A stretch of 63,463 nt of DNA, the filler included, from Intoshia linei (taxonomy: Eukaryota; Animalia; Orthonectida): assembly GCA_001642005.1 (NCBI GenBank). It is 9 parts of 9 records of this genome, joined end to end, with 100 filler letters (N's around TTAATTAATTAA, not from the genome) between each part and the next. Parts side by side here need not be neighbours in the genome. Positions count along the whole stretch, not along the records: positions 1 to 22,204 come from LWCA01000603.1; positions 22,305 to 36,134 come from LWCA01000992.1; 7 more parts are not named here. The stretch is one strand, 5' to 3'. Below, piece by piece: positions 11,519 through 25,251 of the stretch. The stretch's first letter is position 1, and each line of letters begins with the position of its first letter. The translations under genes were made by a program, and so were the position numbers. The notes beneath the pieces were generated by a model that saw only the letters and a list, made by a program, of their open reading frames with translations, was not told the origin of the DNA and did no database searches.

Positions 11519-14500
11519 ATGAAAAAATCTAAAAAGTCAGAGGAAGACATTAATAACAGTATAACATCAAATATTTATGAAACTGATTCATCTATGTTCA
11601 CCAGGGACCAATGGTCCACCAAGGTTGATTTTCTGTTAGCTTGCATTGGCTTTTCCGTAGGATTCGGCAATGTTTGGAGGTTATTTTTATTTTTTATTCT
11701 ACATATTTCATTTTTATGTTTTACATTAATTAAACAATCCACGTGTAATTTATTTGATACTTTGAAAACGTAACATTTAACTTTGATTTATTTAATTGAT
11801 TGGTGAGTGGGTGTTGATGGTAGGAGTAGTATTTTTTATCGTTTATACTCATTTTTTAATATTTTTAAATGTAAGTATCTTTATATTGACTTGATTACTA
11901 TTCAATCTTGTCCATTTTATGATTAAAAATTATTTAATTTAAAATTTGATTTTTTAACATGTGATTTACACAATAGATTACATTGTACAATTATAATACA
12001 TTATTGAATTAAAATTTTTTTTTGTATTAAATTTTATGTCCTCGTGTATGGTTAAGTCAATGATTAGTTTATTTAATTTTAGTTTTTCTGCTATCGAATA
12101 TAAACAAATATTAGTTTGTTAACCTTGAAATTATTGTAATCTTTGTAGTTTAAATGTAATACTTCAAGTTAGTCTGGTTAGTGGTAATTCGCGACTCGCA
12201 AGTTACATCTTTATTATTAAAAGCTGAATAAATAAATTATAAATAATAATTTAATTATACATTATGTTTATTTATATATCTGTACGAATATTATCACTAT
12301 TATCGCGTATGCATTATTGCTTAATTTAACTGGGTCAATCGAATTGCATTATGCATATTACTTTTTGCTTGTACCGATTATTGTGTCATTTCATTATTAT
12401 TGTTGTGGGAGTTGCACCCTTAGTCTTAAGTTTAAAAAATATAAAGCAGTCATGTAGCATTTAATAAAAAAAAGTTTCATTTGGAACAACGCTTAGTCAA
12501 ATAATATATCTTAAAACTTTATTATTGAACAAAAAAGTATTCTATGTGATGCAGTAATCAGTGATTATGCTTTTGTGTAGATTATTTTGAAAAACACTAG
12601 ACAAAAAAATGGAAAATTGTCCAAGATCTACATGAGACCCATACGAATAAAAAGCTGAAATTTTTGTGATCAACATGATACTTATCTTTTTTATTTTACA
12701 GTACGCTATCAAAAGATAATGATTGACAAAACATCATAGAAACTAAGCTATTTTAATTTATTTTAATAAAATTTAATTATAGTAAACTAGGTTGACTGTT
12801 ATGTACTATGTACTATGTACAAACACACTCACACACAAAAAAATATTGCATAGTATATTATATAAGTAAGGATAAAGATATATTTCAATTTTTTTTTCAA
12901 GATATCTATAATTTATAGCGGATAATTATATGATCATATTTAAATTAACAAGAAATCAATATTAAAAAAATTACAGGTGTACAAAAATTTCGTTTTTTAG
13001 GATTTTGCTAGAATAGTTCAAAAAAAATGAAAGACCCAAATGTTTAAAATATTATTAAAATGACTTATTCAAATTTTACAATATTGAATAATAGCTAAAA
13101 ATCTCGTACTTACGCAATTTTGTATTGCAACGCACTAGATTCGCGTCGTATTGTTTAGGATCACTAATCTAAAGCATGGGTTTTTAAACTGGGGTGCCAA
13201 AATTTTTTTTTATAAGTATCACTTTACTGCATGGGTCGGCAACCAATGGCCCACAGAATAATTTTGGTGACCCTTTGAGTATATATGTAAATTATTTATT
13301 TTCAAGTTACATTATCTCTTTTAAACACCGTTTTAAACATTTTCTACTAAAATTGGCTCATTATAATCATTTTAATTCAAAATTTTCAAATCGTTCTGGA
13401 TTTTATTTTGTTGAATATACAAGAATCGTTTCTTTTTAATTAAAATGGAAATGTATTGAAAAATTAAAAGTGTATATTTTCAAAAACGGGGCCCGTGGAA
13501 TTTTGTCATATTAAAAAGTGGCCCACGAGATGCAAAAGGTTGCCGACCCCTGCTTTACATCTATATTTTTTAAAATTAAATAAAGTTAGAAAATGAAGTT
13601 AAATTCTTGTTAAATTGTTACTGACAATATTATTATGTTTATATCAATATTATGTCCATTGTACATAATATTTATATAAAATTGAATATTATGGGGTGTG
13701 TCTGTCTGAGTGTCTGTTACCGTTTATTTAAAAAATTAACAGTGCTCAAATTTAAAAAAACAAATTTATAATACTGTTTTTGAAATGTGTAGAATGCAGT
13801 ATCAAAAATTTTATTTTCTGAAATTCAGTCCTTCAGGGTCAAAAACTCAATTTCTCATTTATTTTAATTATAAAATCATCCTTAAAATTTAAAAAAAAAC
13901 TTTCTGTGATGCGTTTTAAAATTTATTAATACTGTCGTAAATCTCAACATCAGAAACTTCATCTTCATAAAAGTAATAAGATAATAATAACTATAAATTA
14001 TTATATATGATAAAAACATCAATATTTTTTTACAACAATATTTACTGAGTACCACTGGTGGCTCTCAAACGTGTCAAGACAATCTGCTGAAAACCACTGG
14101 CCATTCTCAACTAGTGAAATGGTTAATTAAAACGTATTTGTAAAACAATCAATATATAATAGATATTTTAACTAAATGTATACTATAATATTAAAATAAT
14201 CCAATATTCAATAAATATATAATATGTGAGTCGATCGATTTCATTTCAACAATTTAGTCATATGTATGGGTAAATTGTCTGAGAAGGTTAGTATAATTTA
14301 AATATAAAAACAATTAAAAAAAGTTATTGATTAAAGAAATTACCGTGGATTATAAAACTTGGTATAATAGAAAAGTATAAATCCTTAATTATTCTGGGAT
14401 GTATGAACATTGTTCATTAATATAATACTCTTATAATGATGATATATGGTTATAACACTTTATTAGCTATATTTTTAAATATTCATTTATATAGCCTTCA

Positions 14501-17500
14501 CTCTAAATAATATGTATATTTAATCTATTCAATATATAATTAAATAAAAAATTTTAGGTTTCCTTATCTATGTCACAAACATGGTGGAGGTAAAACATAT
14601 AATTGTCTAATAAAGATGTTTTAATCCAGTAGAATGCCATACATGTATTTTCAAATTTATATATTTTAAATATTAATTTTAAATGTATAAATTTTTGATA
14701 TATAAATGTACTTGAGGGTGACTATAATTGTAATATTGTAAACTGAATAGTTCAGTTGAAATAAAATATTAAAAAACTATTTAAATCATTTTCAAACAGT
14801 TTAAATCTATAATTCATATTAACCCTTATTTTGACTATTAGATTTTAAACGTGTGTCATATGCTAATCATTCTTTTTAACCAATTATCTTTAATATGATA
14901 ACACTAACATCCATATAACCACTTGTGTTCATTTATATTTGCACTTTTGTGCAGTCATTAAGTTTTATGCATTAATTTATATTATAATTGATATTAGTAG
15001 ATTTTTTGTATTTATCTGCATAATTTAATTGTAGTTTCACATTAATTTAAATAAAAATCATACTTAGATTTGATAGAGGAAAAAAATTCTTTGATTTGAT
15101 TAAATTGAGGTGTGTAGGGGCATGAAGTTTGAAATATTATGGTAAGTAAAGAATAGTTTTGTGGTTGATAGCGTCCTATGTGATCACCATTGTCCGTAAT
15201 AACACACTTGTCTAGTTTTATCAATGATACTGTACCTGGATCGAAAATTTAAATCATACGAAGCTATTTGATGTAGATATATTTAGAGAACCTTAGAAAA
15301 TTTAATATGCAAATTACACCTAATTGATATCCAAGCTAGAAGTTGAGCATCTGCTCTAGATTCTCAAGAAGCACTTTATAAGCCTTTTCTGTTACAAATG
15401 AATACCCATATTGCTTTTGAGTATGCAAATTTAATCTAGCTATGCAATGCCTTCAAATAATACAAATGTAAATCAATGATGCAAAAATGAAATTATATAT
15501 GGTATATGTATGTAATTAATGCTTGGGTGCAAGTTCATTTCAGTTTATATGATTAAATAATATACATTGCATATACCACTGCACAGCAGTGCTAATGTAC
15601 ACTGACAATAGTGAAAATATATATGAACACAAGTGCATACATAAGTAAACAACTCTGTTAATGATAATATTCTGAAGATGGAAATTTAAATTATAATATT
15701 TTTAGATAAATAAATTAAAAAATTGTTGGAAAATGACATAATATGATTAATTTTAATACCATCATAATCTAAATTTTATGAGCTTTTTAATGAACTACAT
15801 ATGATGTTAGGCGATTTTAGTAGAATATTAAAGATTTATAAATGAAGTAATACAATTGTCTGATTTAATTAAGTGCTACCAAGAATTGTTATTATTTTCT
15901 AGTCTATCATTAAAGTTATACACTGAATATAAAAATTGTTTGTTTGCCTGTGTTATATATGTATAATTTACATTGAATATAGATATATGTAGGGCCGTGG
16001 AGAGCCAGCAGTAGGCCCTTATAAAAATTTTTAATAAATTGGACCTCTATACATTTTTGAATCGATTGTTCATTATCTAAAAATTAAAGATAACTGTTGA
16101 AAATCGCATTAGTTATCGAAATTTTAGTATACTTAAGAAATTTCCAAACATTACATATTAATAAATGAAAAAAGTAGACCGGAGTGATTGTAGACCCGGG
16201 CCATATGATCCCTAGCCCTCTCCACTGCCTGGATATATGATGTTATGTACATTGTACAATGTGCATTATAAAAATATATGGTTTATGCAGTGTTTATCAA
16301 GTTTTGTGTCAATTTAAATGCGCGTTTTTGCGCCGAAAAATTATAAAAATAAACCACCGATTGTGCATACATTCATGTAATTTTAACTTAAGGATATATG
16401 ATTTTAATATTTATTTGAGAAACACTCATAAATAATATATATGGTTCGCATTATTTCTTTTTATAATAGGCGCCTTTTTGATACCATATTTTATATGTGT
16501 GGCAGTAGCAGGCATACCGTTATTCTTCCTAGAAGTATCTCTTGGGCAATTATTACGAGAAGGTGCTTATGGTGTTTGGAACATTTGCCCAATTTTTAAA
16601 GGTAATTAAGAAATGAATTTGGTTATATTCTTTTAAACATTTATATAGGAATTGGAATCGCCTCACTTGTAGTAGTGTTTATACTCGACATATATTATAA
16701 CGTTATATTGGCATGGGTATTGAGATACCTATTTGCCTCATTTACGCCGTATTTACCGTGGAGTGATTGCTCGTTCCCGGAGGCAACAAAAAAATGTGGT
16801 GACAGTGTTACTCCATCAGAAGAATACTGGACGTAATTTATTTTTAAAATGTAGTTGTTTGTAATTTTCATTTATGTTATGTAGAGAGTCTGTATTGCAT
16901 TTATCTAATGGAATCAATGATATTGGGATCATTCGATGGGATTTAGTTTTGTGTCTATTGCTAGCATGGATTATTGTTTTTGCTTGCATATGCAAAGGAA
17001 TTAGATCATCCGGAAAGGTATTTACTTTTTCATATACATTATGTATATAAAAATAATTATTATAAATCCTAACTTATATAAAAGGCTACGCGATTTTTGT
17101 CTATGTGTGTGTTCAACTTTATTTAAATAACTACGCGTCTTAGAATTTTTTAAAGTCCACATTTCAATTACAGTTTTTTCAGGGGGTGTGCGCAAACATA
17201 ATTTCAACCTCCCAATTTCACATCTTACGGGTCAAAAACCCCAGTTGTCCCTTCTTTTTGAAAATCAAACGAGTTGGAGAATTCAAAAAAATATATACGT
17301 TGATATGGATATTAAAGTGATAAACATTATCATAAATTTAAATTTAAAAAAATTTTTATCTTCAGCGCCAAAATTACAAATTACCCTTCTTTTTTTAATG
17401 AAAACAGCCCTAGAATTTCAAAAAATTTCAATCTGAATAAGTGACGACTTCACGGTCAAAAAAACATTTTAGTATTCATATATTTTTTTTCCGAAATATT

Positions 17501-20500
17501 TTATTAAAACAAAAAATGTGAAATAATTAATAGTCCGAAAATTAAAAAAAAGATTATTCTGATAGAGCTTATTTTAGTTGATATAAATACAAAATTTCAA
17601 CCCCATAAATCTACGCATTCCCGGTGAAAAATAATTTTTAATATATTATCAACATCAATATTTCGATTAAAATCAAAAATTGATAAATAATAAAATAAAT
17701 AAAACAATAACTCATTGTTTGAAAATGCTAAAAATAAAAGTAACATTCACTAGAAAAAAGGCCAAAGTATGAAGATGAGACGTCTCAATAAGATCATTAT
17801 CTCAGAAATAGGTTAAATAACAATTGTTTTTTTAATTAATCAAAGGTTTAGAAACATTAAGTTATTCTCAACCCGATTTTTTGAGCGAAGCGCCATATAG
17901 TGAAGCGCGGCGTGTTATGCAATTTCGCCGTATGCGAACATTTTTTTTGGAGGCTCTATTTTACTGTGGGGTCTCTTTTTCAAAAAATAATAACAGTTTA
18001 CACAATTTTTATTGCAAATTTTAAATGAATACTTTAAATTTTTTATAACATATAGCAAATAGCACATTTCAAAATGACTTCATGATGAATACTTTGGAGA
18101 AAAAAAACAAAATATGGGTGTCTCATAGTAATGGAATAAAAACTGCTAACACTAAGAGTCTTTCACCATAGAGAAAAAAATTATAGAATATAAATAAAAT
18201 ATGTCTGATCTTATGATTTTTATTGAAGTAATTAAATTACCCTGTGAAATATCACTTAACCCTGAGCCCTAAGTTGAATTTGAAAACTCGAATTCTCAGG
18301 GGAAAAATAACGCAGTTAACAACCCTGATTAATCATAATAATGTGTTCATTCTGATATACATCTAGGAAAATTTTCAGTAGAATTATATGAAGTTATGAT
18401 CTACGGTAATACATTTTTGTAGCCTTACTTTAATGGGTTCGTAAAAGTGATTTGAACCATAATAGATTTAATTTTTAATGCTAAAATTAGATATATCCGC
18501 CTTCGGCAGAGCTAGGTGCTGTTTGTACAAAGTACAAACCAGCCAAGCTAGTAATTTTATATTCGTCATAGTCGCTATATTGGTTATTACTAGGTTAAGT
18601 TTTACTTGACAAATAAGATGAAATAAAATTTCTGTATATATAAAAAGTTATGAAGTAACTCCAAGATTACTTTAGATACAAAGAATTAACAAAAAATTCA
18701 TTATATAACACTTACTTTACGGCATTTTGATTAAAAAAACTGACTTTATAGAGCGTTAATTAGTCTATCATGGTATCATTATGCTTGAGATTTAATGGAC
18801 ATTATCATATCAAAATGACGTTTTGACATAAAAACTTAGTTATTACCATTCTACTTAGTCATCTTAGTATACCATTTCACTATCAATATGATAATAATTA
18901 CAACCAATGTGATAATAATTAAATTCAATCTGATAACATTTTGCAACACAATAAAATAACAACAAGCAATGTGATAATAGCAATTATCAATGTTATCATT
19001 GCTATATTCAAAGTGATAATCAAATTATTAAGGGTTTCTGGTATACCAACATTTAAATTGTAATTAACGAGAAACGTAATATGATTGAATCGCACTACCC
19101 ATAATATATTTTTTTTACGTTTAAAATTTATATTTAAGAAAAATATTCGAATTTTCTGAGTTTAAATTGTTAAAAATATCCGTATGTTATTCGCAGTATA
19201 TAGTTTCGAAATAAAAATATAAATTCATTTTGAAAATTATCATATTACAAAGTAAGAATAGTCACAGTCAATGTAAAAATAGCTAAATTCAAAATGGAAT
19301 AACGATTGTCAATGTGATAACAATTAAAATCAATGTAAGAATAATTACATCCAAAATGAGAGAAAAAATTTCAACTAAATTCAAAGTGAGAATTTATTAT
19401 TATATTATTATTAATTTTTATATAATTAAATGCATAGATATGTTAATTTAATGTTAATTGTCATATTTTATTAATTAAATTTCAAAAAAATATTCACAAA
19501 TACGTTTAATTTCGAATATAATATAGAAAAATAACATTTTTAATATTTTTTATGATAAAATTTAATGGTTATGAAGTAGATTCAAACTCAAGTCTAAGTA
19601 ACACAAAATTTCAAAAATACTTATGTTCACTATTAAAAAATCGAATCAAATAAGGAAAAATATGAAATTATAGCTTCTTAATAATATACTTAAAGTTTGA
19701 GGTTCTTCTTTTTTTTAAATTTGTATATATAATTTATTTTATATCAAATATTTCACCAATTTTTTAAGGAATGATTTCTGTAAAAAATTTTTAGAGATTA
19801 TGAATCTGCATAATTGCCTCAACGTACGTAATTCAATGGGTTGAGGATATATCGTCTGATTCTTCAGAAGCAGAATTTTCATCAGTATTGGAACCAATTA
19901 CTATACCTTCCTTGTTAATAATTTTGTTTATTATGAAATTTTGTTGGTCCACATCATCATATGGAACAGTGGTTCCTAAACTTTTTCCACCGTGAACCAT
20001 TTGTAAAAAAAATGTATGTGAACTACATAATTTTTTTTAAAAATCGTTTTAACCCTGAACATGTCATTAATGTAACACTGGTATGTTTTTATTATATATT
20101 CCTCCTTAAAATTTAAATTAAATCAAAAATTTTACATTTATTTTGAAGTGGTAGCAGCTATGACGTAATTAAAAAAATATCTGTATACCTATACCTATAT
20201 TATAAACAAACTATCAGTGCCAAACCTACTGTATTTGAGATTCGACTTCGGAGGGATCTCGAAGAAAATTTTTTAAAATGGAGGCATTCATTTGCTAAAT
20301 TGAACATTAAAAAAAATTTAAATTTAAAATGCCAACTCAAGAGCCTTAGAGATGTGGATAGGGTTATATAGCACTACAATTCGTTTGCGAAATTTTTTAA
20401 AGTTCAGCTCTGGGATCTACTATTTAACTAATTTAAGTCGTTAATTAAATTAAATTTAAGGCAAGTGAAATTTAATAACGTTATTTTGTTAAACTTTCCT

Positions 20501-21883
20501 TCATTTTGATAAAATGTTTACGTTCACTAATAATAATAAATGATCGATAATGAATAATATTCTAATTTAATTATATTGTTAAAGAAAGAGTATATTCATT
20601 TTATTAAAATTTGTCTTGTGGACCACCTAGAATTTCCTATGGACTACTTTTGAAACCACTGATTATCATTGATTTTTATTATTATTAACATATTATGGAA
20701 CATAGTGAATATCATCGATATTTTCAGTTCATTATTGTTCGATATTAACATAGCTGGACAAATTTATATCAAATTTTGAGAATTATCAAAAGTTATAATT
20801 CTATTGATTTTCTATAGCAATTTATAATAATATCACTTTTAACAGAATTCAACCCTTAATATTCCATCAATTAATTAAATTTTTTTAAAACAAGTTGCAT
20901 AATCAATGTCTGATTCTTCAGAGAATCCGAAGAAATTTTTCCATAAACCAATAAAAAGTGAATCAGCCTTTTCTCCGGTCATAGACACACAAAATAAAAT
21001 TGTTATCCTCTCCTTTTTTGTTTTACTACAAATATTACGATTTCAGAAGAGACTAGAGTTTTCTTAGATCTCCGTTTATAGTATAATCCAGTTTTATCAC
21101 AATTTGATACATCGTCTGGCTTATTTTCAGAAATATTCAGAAAAAAAAAGTGATCTTTAGAAATAACTCAATACTGACGAGATAATGGAAATTTTGGCCC
21201 ATATAATACTTATTATAATTTTAATTAGTTGTAACGAAGTTTCTGTTTATATTTACGTAAGATTTTTCGAATAAACCCAGATTATCACATTGCATTTAAC
21301 AATTAGCATATCGATAGTGAAATGGTATAGTTTACAATTTCTGTATCTATAAGCGTAGGAATCATTGAGGCTCTTGAAACCAGATTCAAAACTACCAAGC
21401 TCGAGGCCATTCGAAAATGAAAAATGGGTCTCTAAAAAATTTAAAATATTTTAAATTTAACTCACAAAATAGTTATGACGTTTTTTTTAATACAATTTTT
21501 TGAATGTTCAATTGGGAATTTTTTTAAATAATCCAATTTGATTTAAATAAATAGAAATTTCATAATTTTAATTTAAATTTATAGTACGAATTCCGTACTT
21601 ATGCGTAATTATCATTATTATCTAATTGATAATTGATACTAAATTGATATCTTCACTCATAAAAATGCCTATTATCATTTTATCAACTAAATTTTGTATA
21701 TTTTTGAATTACAAATCCAAAAAAAACACTTATAATATAATTATATAGGTAATGTATGTGACAGCAACGGCTCCATATCTACTGCTCATAACGTTAATGG
21801 TGCGTGGTTTAATGTTGGATGGTGCTATTGATGGTGTAAGATACTATTTAACGCCATCTTGGGAGAAGATATGGAATACTGAG
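11519..21883 (+). CDS. SLC6/SNF-family Na+/Cl- dependent transporter (GABA/taurine/creatine-like), 5' half; remainder not seen
   Basis: Exons 11519-11679 ([26 protein letters not shown]), 14558-14589 ([10 protein letters not shown]), 16470-16601 (GAFLIPY...LEVSLGQ), 16649-16832, 16885-17017 (KGIRSSGK), 21749-21883 ([10 protein letters not shown]...YYLTPSW). Gly rather than Asp in TM1 argues against the monoamine subfamily. Confidence 0.93.
12787..12872 (-). mobile_element. 86-bp minimal Helitron
   Basis: Minus strand reads a|TCCTTACTTATATAA...TTTGTACATAGTACATAGTACATAACAGTCAACCTAG|t: both family termini, inserted at an AT site with no TSD. Confidence 0.75.
13230..13552. mobile_element. hAT (Charlie-like) MITE
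   Basis: TIRs catgggtcggcaacc / ggttgccgacccctg; flanks ctttactg / ctttacat (6/8 TSD). Confidence 0.7.
15042..15450 (-). pseudogene. Tc1/IS630-like DDE transposase remnant
   Basis: Degenerate motifs VITDN...[21 protein letters not shown] (compare IMDN...PPYSPxLNPIEExFS) and [12 protein letters not shown]; frameshifts and stops. Confidence 0.65.
15990..16231. mobile_element. hAT MITE with perfect 8-bp TSD
   Basis: TIRs tagggccgtggagag / ctctccactgcctg; GATATATG on both sides (15982-15989 and 16232-16239). Confidence 0.8.
17067..18551 (+). mobile_element. Full-length non-autonomous Helitron in an SLC6 intron
   Basis: a|TCCTAACTTATATAA 5' end; 3' end gctgtttgtacaaagtacaaaccagc hairpin + CTAG|t; AT insertion site; no TSD. 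Confidence 0.8.
20215..20411 (+). mobile_element. hAT-like MITE (cagtgccgaacctacc family)
   Basis: Homologous to 39490-39729 and 48549-48802; ends ttcagctctg. Confidence 0.6.
20890..21200 (-). pseudogene. pogo/Tigger DDE_1 transposase remnant
   Basis: Minus strand [23 protein letters not shown] (compare IFNxDETGLFY) followed by a frameshifted [13 protein letters not shown]. Confidence 0.65.
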
Positions 21884-22204
21884 GTAATGTTAAACAAATA
21901 ATATTGTAAATTAATAAGAATCCCTGGCAGAGATGCATTTCTGTAGTAAAATTTAAGGCGTCTCTGCCTCCATGAAATATATTTTTTAATTAATCTATTT
22001 GGGTCCTTTTTGTTGGATGTGTTGGTGGTCACTTGTGTGATACCGGCATGGCTGCAATTATTTTCGTTTTCATTCGTGATAACTTGGATGATGATTGTAA
22101 GGAAGACTATTCACGTGGATATTTTATCCTTTCATTAGCCCTATGTAAGTAGTACCACTTTTTACATATTAATCCAATATTCAAAATTAGTGTTGATTTC
22201 GATA

Positions 22205-22304
22205 NNNNNNNNNNNNNNNNNNNNNNNNNNNNNNNNNNNNNNNNNNNNTTAATTAATTAANNNNNNNNNNNNNNNNNNNNNNNNNNNNNNNNNNNNNNNN
22301 NNNN
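22205..22304. other. Assembly gap with artificial six-frame stop spacer (also at 36135, 37626, 50455, 56397, 57883, 59305, 62212)
   Basis: Identical N-run + TTAATTAATTAA + N-run structure eight times. Confidence 0.95.
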
Positions 22305-25251
22305 TGCTATGATGTTGTCAATCATTATCTTTTGATAGCGAACTGTAAAATTAAAAAGTGAAGCATCATGTTGATCAGGAAAATTTCAGCTTTTTATTTG
22401 TATGAGTTTCATGCAAATCATCGAAAAAAGTTTAGATTTTTTTGTCTAGTGTTATACATTAAACATTTATTATAAGGGAGTATAATTATAAGGTTAATAA
22501 ATATATATCAGGGATTCTCAACCTTTTTTGAACTAGCGCTCCTTAAATGAAAAACATTATATTTTTTCAAGATTACCGGCCCTTATAAAAAAATTTAGCA
22601 TGGGTTTCTTAATAATTAAAAACTACAAAAAAAATGTTTAAACTAATACTTTATATAAATTAATGCATTTATAATAATTAATGATACAAAAAAAATAAAT
22701 ATTAAAATATTTTTTTGACCGTGAAGGCGTGACTTATTCAGATTTAATTTTTTTGTATGTCTTAACAGTATATAACTATATTTTTTTTAATTCTAGGGCT
22801 GTTTTCATTTAAAAAAAATGGTAATGTGAGGTTTTGATAGTGAAAATTATTTTTTTGAGGTTTCCATTTATGATAAAGTTTATGATTTTAATTTCCGAGC
22901 TATCCCTAAAAATTTTAGGACATGTTTCATTTTTAAAACAAAGAGTAATTTGTGGTTTTGATGATGAGGGTATGCGTTTTGAGGCTGAGATTAACGACAA
23001 TGTTAATGATTTTAAAACGCGCTCCAGAATGTTTGTTTTATTACATTTTTTTGATGATTTTTTTTAACATTCGGAAATTTTTTCATTGCTATTTAATCTT
23101 AAATTATCATTTTCAAAACATTTTGTTTAAAATTTAAATTAAAACTACAACAATTAATTACTAAAAGTAATACAACTTTGTTGTTATTATTTTTATATTT
23201 ATTACAATCCTTTGCAATATGGGTAAAGTTCACCTGAAATATAATTATAAAGTGATGATTCCGTTAATTATTGATACATAATTGGTATTTTTAATATTTA
23301 TTAAATTTGTACTGAAATATATTATCACATTGAAAGTGACAAAATAGATTTTTATCATTTTATTTTTTCTGGAATTTATGCTATTTATGACATTTTTTAG
23401 GATTGAACTGTTTTTACTTTATTTTTAATATATTATTGTAAGAAGAAGAAACACAGAAAAACTGATTACACCATGTTGTTGAGAATATAAATCTCTTCCT
23501 GGTGCACTACATTTTACTCTTGCATTCAAAAAAATTTGTTATTTATTTTGACTGTGTTATTACACAGGGCAACATTTTTATATTAATGTATTGCAATCTA
23601 TTAATTTATAACTAATAAATACTAATTTTATAAATACATAATCATTTCTAAGCATATAGTACATAAATGTAATTAATTCATTAATGAATTGTTTCCTTTA
23701 CTCCAACATTGTACTTTAAATGTACTAGTCTACTAAACAATGATAATTAATAATAGTATTATAATTATATATTTAAAAATTTAATTACTTTTTAATTGAT
23801 AAATTAATTAATATTGTGCATGAAATTTATGATTTTGTAAATTTTATTTATAATAATATTGATACATACATTATATACGTAGTTTATTGTATTGAAATGT
23901 AAAATTTTACATTGTTTACACTTGTACAATGTACATTGTTGTATAAGCAATGATTACTATAAGAGTGTCACATTTGCTGAAAATTTTAGAATTAAATAGA
24001 ATTAATTTAATTAGTACTCACTATTTGTAAATTAGAATAAAACATTAATACCATTTCGATATTAAAAAAAACTAACAATACATATTCAAGTTTGAGTGGA
24101 TCATTTTAAATGTCACTTTAAAAATAGTGTTCGTTAGGATATTAATATTATAGGGTTTATTTTAAATTTTAATTTTTAAAATGTATGCTAGCAAAATGTG
24201 ATTAGTTTTTATAATATACTATGATGCCTAAATAAAAACCCAGAAAATTTGGTCCAGGACTCCAGATGTGTAAATTTGATTATGCTAAAAACAGTAATTG
24301 ACTAAGTTAATTTAAAATACTTACATGAATGTATGCTAATAAAATTCAAGACGTAAAATGATGAATCTATATTTTAATTAACATAGGATAATGAGAATAA
24401 TTGAACAAAATATCGAATAAATAGCAGCAAATGGCATAAGAATACAAAAGAGAATTACGCAAGGGAATTAATAAAACATAAAAGAGATTATAAATGCATT
24501 ACATCATAAACCTTATCGATTAGGTCAATAATTTGAAATAAATGGTTTCTTAAAAATCAATAATTAATACTAAAAGTGCAAATCAATAAACAAACTTAGA
24601 CAAACTGCTGACTTAAAAATGAGTCTTAGATTAGCAATAAAAAAGTGAAATAATCAAGTAATCAAAATCTTTAAAAAATGCATCACTTCCTGTCACAAAA
24701 GATTGATAGACACTAAAAAAATTTGAATCAATACCTTAATAATTAAATTTTATTAATTACAAAAACTTGATAATATTTGACACACTAATTGTATTTTTAT
24801 TGATATAAAATGTTTGCCTAATATATGTATACTGAGGATAAATTTAGAAAATGAGCCTACAATTACAATTGAGTATTTGCACTGATAACTAAAAATGTGA
24901 GTTATTGTTGGATTGAACTAGATAGTAAACACACATGGAAAACGAGTTTAATTTAGTAGCTTATGATTCCTATAAGTCGAAAATCGCCAGCTAAGAAATT
25001 AAATGTCTACATGGAATGATTCAAACTTAGTAATATCGAAAAATTGCACAAAGTAGCAACAACACAGTTACATAGAAAACTAATTATAATGTATAAATAG
25101 TACAACCGACATTGATATTTATTTTTCACCATTGCAATTTGATTTAAATTTAAAATGCTATACAATTTCCATAATGCATGTAAATATATATTGAAGATGA
25201 ACAATGATTTTGTGATTTGTATATGAATTATGCAATTTAACTTTTTACACC

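Noticed and set aside
22249-22260. Recurrent palindromic TTAATTAATTAA motif between N-runs (8 times)
   Set aside because: Artificial six-frame stop linker added during assembly, not biology.
22809-23137. Cluster of short overlapping ORFs (also 17022-17436, 26758-26979, 55136-55420)
   Set aside because: They lie within non-coding Helitron or MITE copies and show no protein motifs.
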